DNA of 37,767 nt from positions 1 through 37,767 of the IMG/VR virus record IMGVR_UViG_3300048896_000180. One strand, given 5' to 3'. The translations under genes and the position numbers were made by a program. Source of the DNA: a virus. Its lineage: Duplodnaviria; Caudoviricetes. The notes below the pieces were generated by a model, which worked only from the letters and a program-made list of their open reading frames with translations, was not told the DNA's origin and searched no databases. Each line of letters opens with the position of its first letter. Positions within the stretch are counted from its first letter, which is position 1. Positions 1 through 7,999 of the stretch are shown piece after piece.

Positions 1-147
1 GTTGATGGCATGCTCGGAACCGGCTTTAGCATTGCCGCAGCAGACACCAAATACATTAGCTTCTTGCCTGGCGTATTGCGCAAAATCGCCGATGACATCG
101 AGAAGAACGGAGACAAGAACACGACCAAAATGGAGTTTAAACTATGA
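1..147 (+). CDS. 3' part of hypothetical phage protein (...GTGFSIAAADTKYISFLPGVLRKIADDIEKNG...)
   Basis: Frame 1 is open from the window edge to TGA at 145-147, which overlaps the next ATG (ATGA coupling at 144-147). Not in the supplied ORF track. Confidence 0.6.
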   Translation, partial: VDGMLGTGFSIAAADTKYISFLPGVLRKIADDIEKNGDKNTTKMEFKL

Positions 148-389
148 GAACCCAAGACGAGATCCAGCGCGCGCACGACTTGCTTAACGCCATCCTAAAC
201 GGGGAAGGCCCGAGAATCAGCAGGGAGGAGACCTACGACAATATGAGCGCCGTCTTTACGGCCCTTTGCTGGGCGCTGGGCCACGACGCCCCCCCAGGCA
301 GGATGCTGGCTGAAATTCTGGCCAAGACCGAGGAGCAGATGACCGCCAAGGGCTACAAGCTCGAGGCTATTCATACCACCACTGAATGA
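144..389 (+). CDS. Hypothetical phage protein (81 aa)
   Basis: ATG start coupled to upstream stop; helical, protein-like composition. Confidence 0.7.
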   Translation: MRTQDEIQRAHDLLNAILNGEGPRISREETYDNMSAVFTALCWALGHDAPPGRMLAEILAKTEEQMTAKGYKLEAIHTTTE

Positions 390-407
390 CCCCAGCGGCC
401 TAATTCC

Positions 408-617
408 ATGACCGTCCAGCAGCTCGCCCACGACCTGGCCGCACGAATCCCGGACATGGCCAAGGACAGCCCGATCAATAACGCCGACATGATGGAGCGC
501 ATGATCGAGGAGTGCTTCCTTGAGCGCTACGCACTGACAACAGAAAACCCCCAAGCCGGAGGCGAGGGGGCGATGCTTGGGGTTGAGCAGGCTAACGGTT
601 GGCGGCTTTCCTCCTAG
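408..617 (+). CDS. Hypothetical phage protein (69 aa)
   Basis: ATG ORF continuing the plus-strand run. Confidence 0.6.
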   Translation: MTVQQLAHDLAARIPDMAKDSPINNADMMERMIEECFLERYALTTENPQAGGEGAMLGVEQANGWRLSS

Positions 618-624
618 CTGGCAA

Positions 625-819
625 TCAGCAACTGAGCCGGTTGGCGAGCCAGCAAATTCCCAAAATGCCGAGCGCGTAAAGGGCAACGCTCAGGTAGATC
701 CAGAGCTCAGGGTGCTCGCGAACTATACCAAGCCGTCCGGTGAGGCCCCAGATTATCGGGGCGATGCACACCCAGAGCGTCAGCCATTTATTGCCGCGCG
801 AATCGGGGGACTCTTTCAC
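625..819 (-). CDS. Small two-TM membrane protein
   Basis: Two hydrophobic segments; ATGA overlap with the upstream minus-strand ORF. Confidence 0.55.
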   Translation of the reverse strand: MKESPDSRGNKWLTLWVCIAPIIWGLTGRLGIVREHPELWIYLSVALYALGILGICWLANRLSC

Positions 820-995
820 TTTGCGCCTCCTTTGATACTGACGCAGGCCCCTTTCACCTTCGCCCAGCGCTTAATCCTGGCAGCAGCCAAGCTCTTCTCG
901 GATGCCCGCCGCTTGGCCCTAGTGCTCTTGCTTCCGCCCACTGCGCCTATTTCGGCGAGGTACTTCCTGACTTCGTTTGGTTGTGCGTTGCTCAT
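816..995 (-). CDS. Small basic protein with a KGG-like motif (YLAEIGAVGG)
   Basis: Probable ATG at 995 (MSNAQPNEVRKYLAEIGAVGGSKSTRAKRRAS...). Confidence 0.6.
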   Translation of the reverse strand: MSNAQPNEVRKYLAEIGAVGGSKSTRAKRRASEKSLAAARIKRWAKVKGACVSIKGGAK

Positions 996-1081
996 ACAGC
1001 CGTCAAAACTGGCATAGCTGCCAGGCTTAGTCAATCAGCAAGCAGCTTGCACAATCGCGATTTTAAGGGCCTCCAGACAGC

Positions 1082-1110
1082 AAAAAACCCTCAAGCGCTG
1101 GCCTGAGGGT
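1082..1110 (-). terminator. Rho-independent terminator
   Basis: Minus strand reads ACCCTCAGG-CCAGCG-CTTGAGGGT-TTTTT, just downstream of the 1144-1620 ORF. Confidence 0.7.
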
Positions 1111-1143
1111 CGATCTATTGTCGTTTGGAGGGGCTTAACGGGG

Positions 1144-1620
1144 TTACTCCACGCGAAACTTTCTTTCGTTCTGCTCGAGCCAGTCGCCCCAGCTTGTCAC
1201 CAGGAAGCAACCCGATTCGTCCCAGGTATCGCCGCGAACGTGCACGACCGTCAACGCGTAGGTGTCCCCGGTGTTGCAGTAGGCAGCAACAATGTTGCAC
1301 CAATAGCCGTTTTGCCACTCGCCGTGGATTGCTTCGACGCCGCATAAGCCCAGCAGCTTGTCGATTGCCTCGAGACGTTCACGCCAGGGCACATTGGCGG
1401 TGCGCCGCAGTGCCAGACGGCAGGCGCGTTGAGGGTCAGTGCAATAAAGGTCGGACAGGTCAGCTTTCATCTCTTTCCATTCGAGGGCCCGCTCGCGCAT
1501 AAGTCGGCGGGCAATTTCAGTTCGGAGGTTCCAGGTCGGTTCTGAGGTGCGCTGGCGGCTGTAGTCACGCCACCAAATAGCGCTTTCAATGAGCGTTGCG
1601 AGGAAGTCGGTTTTGCTCAT
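1144..1620 (-). CDS. Conserved-type phage hypothetical protein (YCNTGDTY motif)
   Basis: 158-aa ORF between the JAB gene and the terminator; the GVE...YxNTGDTYxxT motif is recognisable from phage early proteins. Confidence 0.75.
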   Translation of the reverse strand: MSKTDFLATLIESAIWWRDYSRQRTSEPTWNLRTEIARRLMRERALEWKEMKADLSDLYCTDPQRACRLALRRTANVPWRERLEAIDKLLGLCGVEAIHGEWQNGYWCNIVAAYCNTGDTYALTVVHVRGDTWDESGCFLVTSWGDWLEQNERKFRVE

Positions 1621-1626
1621 AGCCGC

Positions 1627-2175
1627 TTAGGAGTAGAAGTAACCCAGCTCCCGGAGGCTGGATTGCTGCCCGTTGCCAATCACAACATGATCGAGAACTT
1701 CGATTTTGAGCAGCTGCCCCGCCCTGATCATGTCGCGCGTAACCTTAATGTCCGCTTCACTTGGGACGCTTTCACCGCTCGGGTGATTGTGCATCAAAAC
1801 AAGAGCGCTGGCCCCGGCGATGATTGCAGCCCTGAAAATCTCGCGCGGGTGAACGAGCATTGTGTCCGCTGTCCCAGTTGCAACCAGAGCGTGCCCTTTG
1901 ATGCGTTTGCGCGTGTTCAAGAGCAACACAACCAGGCATTCAACCTCAGGGCTGAACGCCGGATGTTTCACGACATGGGCGCGCCAGTAAGCAGCCGCGC
2001 CGTTTGGTGTGTCGCACAAGTCCATTGCCGCTGGGAGCGGGCAATCGCGCAGCGCAACAACCTTGTATTCTTTCGGAATGGTCCGGCGCTTGGGCGCTGG
2101 GGTCGGGATTGGAGGGGATGTTACCGGCTCAGCCACTAGGGCGAGCTCGCCATTGAGACCGTCAGTTATGTTCAT
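1627..2175 (-). CDS. JAB/MPN domain protein (RadC/UPF0758 family)
   Basis: E..LLLNTRKRIK, VHPREIFRAAI, HNHPSG..PSEAD and LDHVVIG give an intact JAMM-type H-x-H-x10-D metal motif; no N-terminal HhH region of full-length RadC. Confidence 0.93.
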   Translation of the reverse strand: MNITDGLNGELALVAEPVTSPPIPTPAPKRRTIPKEYKVVALRDCPLPAAMDLCDTPNGAAAYWRAHVVKHPAFSPEVECLVVLLLNTRKRIKGHALVATGTADTMLVHPREIFRAAIIAGASALVLMHNHPSGESVPSEADIKVTRDMIRAGQLLKIEVLDHVVIGNGQQSSLRELGYFYS

Positions 2176-2240
2176 GCGGCTCAGAGTCTGATCAGCAAGC
2201 GGGTTGCTGTCAAACCTTATTGCCGCCAGCGCTGGGCCTG

Positions 2241-2490
2241 ATAATGTCCGGCAATGCGCGCAATAATGACCGGAAAACTGACCAGGTCCCAGAATCCCGC
2301 GCCAATTGAGGGTTGCCGCGCGTTTCTATATCCTGGGGTGATCGTCAAGCCCTGTGTTGCTCAAAACCCTGAAAACATTGATTGAATCAATAGAATCAGG
2401 GCTTTGCTCAGTTTGCAGAGAATTGTCAAGAAGTACCAAGAACTTGCAAGAAAGACTTGCAAGACCACGCAAACTGTCCATAATGACCGC
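2241..2490. other. Candidate attP: inverted-repeat core flanked by arm-type direct repeats
   Basis: Inverted repeat CCCTGA-N4-ATTGATT-G-AATCAAT-N4-TCAGGG (2367-2401); ATAATG(A/T)CCG at 2241, 2263, 2480; AAACTG(A/T)CCA at 2275, 2471; directly upstream of the integrase. Confidence 0.5.
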
Positions 2491-2493
2491 CGC

Positions 2494-3681
2494 ATGAAAC
2501 CTGTAAATGTCTGCAAAACAAAGCACCACGGGGTTACTAAATTTCGTGTGTGCATACCACTACAACAACAACCTCAGTTCGCCGGTGCGCCGTTCAAACG
2601 GTTTGACGATCGGGCTGCAGCTGAGGCTTTCGCTGATCAAATGAATGGTAATCGCCAGAGCTGGAATGCGCGGCTGTTAGCCTACACCGAAGACGACAAG
2701 GCGCGCCTGTGCCGGGCCATGGACAAAGCGGGAACAGCCGCTGAACTTGAGAAGGCAATTGACGCGTGGCTGATTCACCGCGCCAGAGTTCAGAAAAACT
2801 TAGCTGAGGCAGTTGCTGAATATGTCGCGATTGTCGAAGCAAAGGATGTGTCCGACAGCCACAAATACCAGGTCCGGCGTGACTGTGAGCGCTTGATTGT
2901 CGACCGTGACACGCGCAACGTCGGCGACCTGACCGGCGCTGAGATGCGCGCGTATTTCAAAGCGCTCAATTGTGCGGGCACGACAGCCGCCAACATTCAT
3001 ACGCGCATCAACGGTTTCTTTCTCTGGGCCATCAAAGCCGAATACTGCACGCGCAATCCGCTGGCCAGCGTCACCAAGCCTGAGGCCGAAGTGGGCGAGG
3101 TTACCGTCCTGACGATCGCTGAGATTAAAGCCCTGATGCGCGCCGCGCACGATCACAGTCCTGCAGCTGTCGCACACTTCGCGACGTTAATCTTTGCGGG
3201 CGTCAGGCCAGCTGAGACGAATCGGCTGGGCCCGGCTGCTTACATGACCAGCGGTGGGAGGCGTTACTTGAAAGTGGGCAAGGACGAATCGAAGACCGGC
3301 GCGCGCCGCAATATCTATTTCAGCCCGGCGCTTGAAAGCTGGATGGACATTTGCCCACCGGGCCAGCTGCCGAAGCTGAGCCGCAGCGCTTGGCGCGCCG
3401 TCGTCGCCGCAGCCGGACTCAAAGGCCCGGGAATGGATTGGAAGAAAGACGTTTGTCGTCATTCATTTGTGAGCTATACCCTGCCCAAACTGGGGTTGCT
3501 CGAGACGTCCAAACTCGCCGGTCATTCCGAGCAAGTCCTGATCGATCACTATCGCCTGGTCGTCACCGATGAATTGGGTGAGGAGTTCGCGCAGCTGCTC
3601 GCCGGGCCGGTCCTGAGCGAGCGCTCCAATGTTGTCCCCATGGCTCAGCCAGTAATTGCTGATTCGAGCGCTCAGGGTTAG
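2494..3681 (+). CDS. int: Tyrosine recombinase / phage integrase
   Basis: Core-binding region (RNPL), catalytic R (FAGVRPAE), K (SKTG), RHSF, GHS and Y (IDHY). Likely start ATG 2494, preceded by TTGCAA-N16-CATAAT. Confidence 0.92.
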   Translation: MKPVNVCKTKHHGVTKFRVCIPLQQQPQFAGAPFKRFDDRAAAEAFADQMNGNRQSWNARLLAYTEDDKARLCRAMDKAGTAAELEKAIDAWLIHRARVQKNLAEAVAEYVAIVEAKDVSDSHKYQVRRDCERLIVDRDTRNVGDLTGAEMRAYFKALNCAGTTAANIHTRINGFFLWAIKAEYCTRNPLASVTKPEAEVGEVTVLTIAEIKALMRAAHDHSPAAVAHFATLIFAGVRPAETNRLGPAAYMTSGGRRYLKVGKDESKTGARRNIYFSPALESWMDICPPGQLPKLSRSAWRAVVAAAGLKGPGMDWKKDVCRHSFVSYTLPKLGLLETSKLAGHSEQVLIDHYRLVVTDELGEEFAQLLAGPVLSERSNVVPMAQPVIADSSAQG

Positions 3682-3689
3682 GCTCTGGG

Positions 3690-3983
3690 ATGGCTCAACA
3701 CAAACCCAAACGCCCGGCGGCTGCAAAGTCCCGGGCCGTTTCATTTTCACCGCCAGCACCCCGCGCCAAACTGCGCAAGGGCCTGGCATGCCTCAGCCCT
3801 GCCCGTCGCCGCGCCATTGCCAGGCTGGGAGGTCAGGCCGTCAGCGCTGATCCGCGCCACATGGCTGCACTGGGCCGGATCGGGGGGCACAATCGATGCC
3901 TGACCCCAGCGCAACGCGCCGTCGACGCCGCAGCCCGGGCCGAAGCGCTAGCGGCCAAGCCTCAGCGCCGGTCCCGCCAGTGA
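3690..3983 (+). CDS. KGG-repeat (GsiB/YciG/Con-10-like) small basic protein
   Basis: KGLACLSPARRRAIARLGGQAVSADPRHMAALGRIGG follows the family pattern GFASM...REIAxKGG.AVS.D..HMAEIGRKGG. Confidence 0.7.
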   Translation: MAQHKPKRPAAAKSRAVSFSPPAPRAKLRKGLACLSPARRRAIARLGGQAVSADPRHMAALGRIGGHNRCLTPAQRAVDAAARAEALAAKPQRRSRQ

Positions 3984-4126
3984 GACGGTGCGCGCGGGTC
4001 GCCGTCGTCCTGCTCCTGTTCGCCTTCGCGTTACCCGCCGGGCTGGCGGTCACCATCACCCTTACCCTGGTAGAGCTCGCTGAGGCGCTCAGGGATAGCC
4101 TGGTCGACGCATGCCGCCGGGAATAG
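3980..4126 (+). CDS. Small single-TM protein
   Basis: GTG at 3980 overlaps the upstream TGA; hydrophobic stretch VAVVLLLFAFALPAGLAVTITLTLV. Confidence 0.45.
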   Translation: MRRCARVAVVLLLFAFALPAGLAVTITLTLVELAEALRDSLVDACRRE

Positions 4127-4321
4127 GGGCCGGTCACGATAAAGGGCCCAAGAGCGCGCCACACCCGCAGGAGCACCCGACACCCAGGCCAGAGCTCAGG
4201 AGCTCACCAGGAGGACGCCAGACACTTTGGCGAGTGCGATAGAGCCGGGCTGCACCAGGTCACCAGGCTTAATTGCCCATGGCTGGCTTGTCACTGGGGG
4301 TCCGATAGCCTAGGTTCGGGC

Positions 4322-4609
4322 ATGAGTAGACCCTGTGTAGCGCTGAGGCAACTGGTTAGGATGCAAGTCCTTATATTCGAGGCATGCGAAACGCCGGGGG
4401 TGGATAAGCGCGAGTTGGCTCAGCTTGCCTGTGCCTGGCAGCGCCTCGAGGCTGAGCGCCGGGCCCTGCGGATGAAGCCAGCGCCCAAGCCAATCGACGT
4501 CAGCCTTCCACCCAAGCGCCTGCACACTGCCAGGTCGGGCCTGTCCGGCGTCGGGATCAGGGCGCACACTGACCCCGTGACTGTCCAGGCTGCAGCCCAA
4601 GCAGCCTAA
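4322..4609 (+). CDS. Hypothetical helical phage protein (95 aa)
   Basis: ATG ORF with amphipathic helices (ELAQLACAWQRLEAERRALR). Confidence 0.6.
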   Translation: MSRPCVALRQLVRMQVLIFEACETPGVDKRELAQLACAWQRLEAERRALRMKPAPKPIDVSLPPKRLHTARSGLSGVGIRAHTDPVTVQAAAQAA

Positions 4610-4960
4610 GCCCTTGCAATGCAACCCAGAGGAGCGCTGCGCCTGACGTTGCCACAACGAGGGGCGCGTGCACGGGCCGGGCAGGGCAAGCATGCTTTTC
4701 GTCTGGCTGGGCGGCGAGGAGGCGACGGGGGCCCCCTTTTCGCCCATCTGGTCTTTTAATCCCCCTCATCGTCTAAAAATCCTGTTTCTGGGATTGTTTT
4801 ACGAATCAGTGAAACGTGCGATTTCCCTAAAACCAAGCTAGAGAGGAGGTGATGTGGACATGGACCTTTTCACGACGACATGCCTGTTTACGGCTGGCCT
4901 GGGAATGGTGCTGGCCAACCGAGCCCGGGGGCAGGCGCATCCGGCATGAGAAACACGCCT

Positions 4961-5030
4961 TTTCGTCAGTCGGGGCCCTGATTTCGTCGATTTCGGGGTC
5001 GATTTCGTCGTCCAGCTGCATGATTTCGTC
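4961..5030. repeat. Four TTTCGTC direct repeats at exact 21-bp spacing
   Basis: TTTCGTC starts at 4961, 4982, 5003 and 5024; three copies are GATTTCGTC. Confidence 0.7.
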
Positions 5031-5075
5031 AGTTCCGCTCGATTTTCCTTCGCCCCATGCCATCTTATTGCTGTC

Positions 5076-5270
5076 ATGAAACGAAAACACAAGGAATACG
5101 CGTTTGTGAACAGCCACGGCGAGCAAGTTTGGCTCAGCGGGGACGCGACGCTAGCCGATCTCGTGAAGCTCAAGATCAGGGTGGAGCTGGTCCCTCCTGG
5201 GCAGCGCCGGACGCCGACGCGTTTTCTGCACGATCCGACGAAAGAGGATCAGGTGAGGGAGGGCGAATGA
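5076..5270 (+). CDS. Hypothetical protein (64 aa), first gene of a coupled operon
   Basis: ATG directly after the TTATTGCTGTC motif; stop overlaps the next ATG. Confidence 0.65.
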   Translation: MKRKHKEYAFVNSHGEQVWLSGDATLADLVKLKIRVELVPPGQRRTPTRFLHDPTKEDQVREGE

Positions 5271-5470
5271 GTGGTTGCCACCTTCTTTGCGAGCAGGACC
5301 GTGATTTCGTGACGCGTTTGCGCGAGGCGTTTTACGGGCACCCGCTGGGGTTGATCAGGGACAGCGGGGCGCACAAGCATATCGATCCGGACGTCGTGGT
5401 CCCGTGGACCCCGGAGGACTGGTTTGGGCCGGAGGAGCTGAAATTCGAGTGGCCGTGCGAGCCGTTTTGA
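5267..5470 (+). CDS. CxxDxxF-family paralog 1 (MSGCHLLCEQDRDF...)
   Basis: ATG 5267 in ATGA overlap; shares the N-terminal motif with the next four genes. Confidence 0.7.
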   Translation: MSGCHLLCEQDRDFVTRLREAFYGHPLGLIRDSGAHKHIDPDVVVPWTPEDWFGPEELKFEWPCEPF

Positions 5471-5473
5471 GCC

Positions 5474-5671
5474 ATGAGCGGGCCGATGCCATGTGAACGG
5501 GACTGGGTATTCGCCAGCCGGATCTGCGCGACGTTTGAACAGCCGGTGAAGCGAGATCGTGGGCAGCGCCGGACGTATTCGGAGTGGTTGATAGTCAAGT
5601 ATGTGAGCAGCGGCCTCGATTTTGAGGAATTTCGGCGAATGGTGGCGGCATTCAGGAGGGTTTTGGGATGA
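5474..5671 (+). CDS. CxxDxxF-family paralog 2 (MSGPMPCERDWVF...)
   Basis: Shared motif; operon coupling. Confidence 0.75.
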   Translation: MSGPMPCERDWVFASRICATFEQPVKRDRGQRRTYSEWLIVKYVSSGLDFEEFRRMVAAFRRVLG

Positions 5672-6024
5672 GCGAGGCGATTCCATGCCTGCGGGACCGG
5701 AGTTTTGTTGTGCGGACGATCCGGGACTTTATAGAGCCGCAGAAGGAAGGCGGGGCGCGCAAGATTTACGGGAACGTCTGGATTTCGCGTTACGTGCAAG
5801 GGATGTGGGATGCGGATCGGACGGTGCTGCGGGCGGCGGTCGCCCATGCGTTAGCGCCTTCGGCGAGCGACAGCGCGTATCGGCTGCGGCACGTTTTTGG
5901 GCTGCCCTGGGACTGTATTCCTGCGTCGGTGGGGAGTCTCCCGGACATGGCGGTGTTTGGGGGTGTCCCGGTCGTGGCTGTCCCGACGGAATACGCTGGG
6001 ATTTGGAGGTGGGTGACGGGATGA
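5668..6024 (+). CDS. CxxDxxF-family paralog 3 (MSEAIPCLRDRSF...)
   Basis: Shared motif; ATGA overlaps at both ends. Confidence 0.75.
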   Translation: MSEAIPCLRDRSFVVRTIRDFIEPQKEGGARKIYGNVWISRYVQGMWDADRTVLRAAVAHALAPSASDSAYRLRHVFGLPWDCIPASVGSLPDMAVFGGVPVVAVPTEYAGIWRWVTG

Positions 6025-6275
6025 ACTACCCCCTCTTATGCCAGGCTGACTACGATTTTTGCCAGGCGACGATCAAAATGTTTGAGAACCCGCCCAAAGC
6101 TGGCGGGGCGAGCAAGCATTACGGGGAATGGGTCGAGATGTTCCTGCGCGGGGATCTGACTGGGGGTCCGACGATGCTCAACAACGGTTTTGAGCTCTTG
6201 CAGATGTTGCGGCGGCACAGTGCGGTAGCGTTGCTTCCTGTTGAAGGCGGGCGTGGCCCAAGGCACTGGCAATGA
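6021..6275 (+). CDS. CxxDxxF-family paralog 4 (MNYPLLCQADYDF...)
   Basis: ATG 6021 in ATGA overlap; shared motif. Confidence 0.75.
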   Translation: MNYPLLCQADYDFCQATIKMFENPPKAGGASKHYGEWVEMFLRGDLTGGPTMLNNGFELLQMLRRHSAVALLPVEGGRGPRHWQ

Positions 6276-6547
6276 GAGGTGTTTGCGAGCGCGATCGTGA
6301 TTTTGCCAGGCGGGCGATCGTGGGGTTTCGCCATCCTGCGACTGGAGGCTCTCGCAGCATGTATGGGAAGGATTGGGTGCAGACTTGGGTGCAGGAGGGT
6401 TTTGATCCTGGCGAGCGCCAGCAGATGATGGCAGAGCGGAGGTGGAGATTGCGTCCGACATGGGCGGCGGAAAGGTTGCGATTGGAGCATACTTTTGGGA
6501 TCAAACTGGCTTTGGGTTCTGTGAACAGACAAAGCTCCCCCCAATAA
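6272..6547 (+). CDS. CxxDxxF-family paralog 5 (MRGVCERDRDF...)
   Basis: Shared motif; ATGA overlap. Confidence 0.75.
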   Translation: MRGVCERDRDFARRAIVGFRHPATGGSRSMYGKDWVQTWVQEGFDPGERQQMMAERRWRLRPTWAAERLRLEHTFGIKLALGSVNRQSSPQ

Positions 6548-6630
6548 ACTGGGGCGCAACGTTTTGACTTGGGAGACCCATTCCCTAGGGTCGCCCGGCT
6601 CTCGGTCATTCCAGCGTCAGAGCCAAAGGG

Positions 6631-7083
6631 TCAAACGAGCGTCGGGTTGCCCCGACTGACGGTCTCTGCTGTGCCTCTCAGGTGCGGCGACTTGGAATCG
6701 CTCGTCTCATCAGGGCCTGGACCGTTCCTGAACGGGCCGGCTGGAAGGCTTACCTTTGAGGGCTGGGCAGGGGCTTCGATGTGTTGTTTTACGTGGGGCA
6801 ATGGCCCGAAGGCTTCTCGCTCTATCACGCCGCCGACCTTATCGACGGTGAAATTGTTGGGCGGCTCAGCGTGCAGCGCAGCTTCGAGCCTGGCGACGCG
6901 CGAAATCAGGCTTTTGATCTGGTCCTGGTGGCAATCCAGGATCGTGATCACGTCTAACCCGTTGGGATGCGACTCGCGTTCAAGCTTGGCAATGCGCCCT
7001 CTAACCTTTTTCAGGTCCTCAGCCAGGCGCTGGCAGTCGGCGAGTTGAGCCTCGAGCTGGGTGATGTGTTCAGCGAGCGTCAT
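6631..7083 (-). CDS. Hypothetical coiled-coil protein
   Basis: Heptad-rich N-terminus (ITQLEAQLADCQRLAEDLKKV...). Confidence 0.6.
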   Translation of the reverse strand: MTLAEHITQLEAQLADCQRLAEDLKKVRGRIAKLERESHPNGLDVITILDCHQDQIKSLISRVARLEAALHAEPPNNFTVDKVGGVIEREAFGPLPHVKQHIEAPAQPSKVSLPAGPFRNGPGPDETSDSKSPHLRGTAETVSRGNPTLV

Positions 7084-7252
7084 GGCAGCAGACGATCGGA
7101 TCTTCCCGAGCAGCCCTTCTCGCTGGGGTGTGCCTGGGACAGCGACAGGCTGTCCATGGGCCCCGGCAGGATGGGTAGTGCAAGGGAAGAAGTCATTTCA
7201 TGTTCTGCCTGGAGCGTAATCGGGATCGGCTGATCTTCAACTCGATAAAGAA

Positions 7253-7308
7253 ACAGCAATAGTAAGGGTTGACAGCAATTGCGATCGGTGATCTCGTGTT
7301 ATTGCAGT
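7253..7308 (+). promoter_or_regulatory. Promoter/operator region of the RAMP gene
   Basis: TTGACA at 7269 lies within the recurrent TGAC(A/G)GCAAT motif; partial copies at 7253 (ACAGCAAT) and 7299 (inverted, TTATTGCAGT). Confidence 0.55.
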
Positions 7309-7324
7309 AATCCCCTCAAAACCA

Positions 7325-7999
7325 ATGAAAAAAACCACTATCACAGTCTGCATCACCTTTACCGAGCCTCTCCTTGGAACAAGGAGCGGGGATAAAGACC
7401 TGGCAAAGACGCACCTCGAGTCCAAAGCGCCCAAGCCTGAGCTCGCAGCCGAGGAAAGCGCGCTCCTGGCAGCCATGCACCTCGAGGAGGAAATGGAGAA
7501 AGGGCGGACCATTTTCCTGAAAGACGAAACTGGGGTTTTGCTCCTGGATTATCAGCTGCGCGGTTTCATCAAGGAGACTGTTGGCGACCTGATTGAGCTG
7601 GGCGACATCAAAAAGCTCTCAAAGTGGGCGTGCAAGCGCGCCATCAATGCCTTCGTCTACGTCAATCCGCGCCTGGTCTACCTCAAAACCGCTGACGGCA
7701 AGCCAATCATGGACGTCAAGGAGTATCTGCAGCGCCCCTTGCGCGCCCAGACGATGCAGGGAGAGCGTGTTGCTCTCGCGTCGAGCGAGATCCTGCCCGT
7801 GGGCACCAACATCACATTTACGATCACCGTCCTTGAATCAACCAACCTAAAGGCGAACACAGCTGTCCTTGGGCTGGACGACATGAAAAACGTCTTGGAC
7901 TTCGGCGCGTTCAAGGGCATTGGCCAATGGAGGTCCGGCGGCTACGGACGATTTTCCTGGAAGGAAATTCCGGGAGAGCAAAGCAAAGCAGCGGCATAG
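7325..7999 (+). CDS. Stand-alone RAMP-superfamily (Cas7/Csm3-like) RNA-binding protein
   Basis: N-terminal strand ITVCITFTEPLLG, helix LLDYQLRGFIKE (cf. ipgSslKGxlR), strand EILPVGTNITFTITV and C-terminal G-rich loop GIGQWRSGGYGRF: the four ordered hallmarks of a RAMP RRM fold. No other cas gene in the window. Confidence 0.85.
   Translation: MKKTTITVCITFTEPLLGTRSGDKDLAKTHLESKAPKPELAAEESALLAAMHLEEEMEKGRTIFLKDETGVLLLDYQLRGFIKETVGDLIELGDIKKLSKWACKRAINAFVYVNPRLVYLKTADGKPIMDVKEYLQRPLRAQTMQGERVALASSEILPVGTNITFTITVLESTNLKANTAVLGLDDMKNVLDFGAFKGIGQWRSGGYGRFSWKEIPGEQSKAAA

Noticed and set aside
2367-2401. dif/Xer site
   Set aside because: It does not match the 11-6-11 XerC/XerD consensus; kept only as a generic att or operator candidate.
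2404-2493. N-terminal extension of the integrase from TTG 2404
   Set aside because: It overlaps the repeat-rich att/promoter region; ATG 2494 follows a plausible -35/-10.
3713-3748. Hairpin GCCCGG...CCGGGC followed by a T-rich tract after int
   Set aside because: Short stem, long loop, interrupted U-tract, and it lies inside the KGG-like ORF; not called as a terminator.
4322-4609. Terminase small subunit assignment
   Set aside because: Size and position near a possible packaging region are suggestive, but I recognise no motif; left as hypothetical.
4846-4855. Possible self-target: the variable bases of array unit 1 read as triplets contain GAGGTGATGT, which also occurs at 4846-4855
   Set aside because: Only a 10-nt partial match under one of many possible decodings; expected by chance. 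I did not search systematically.
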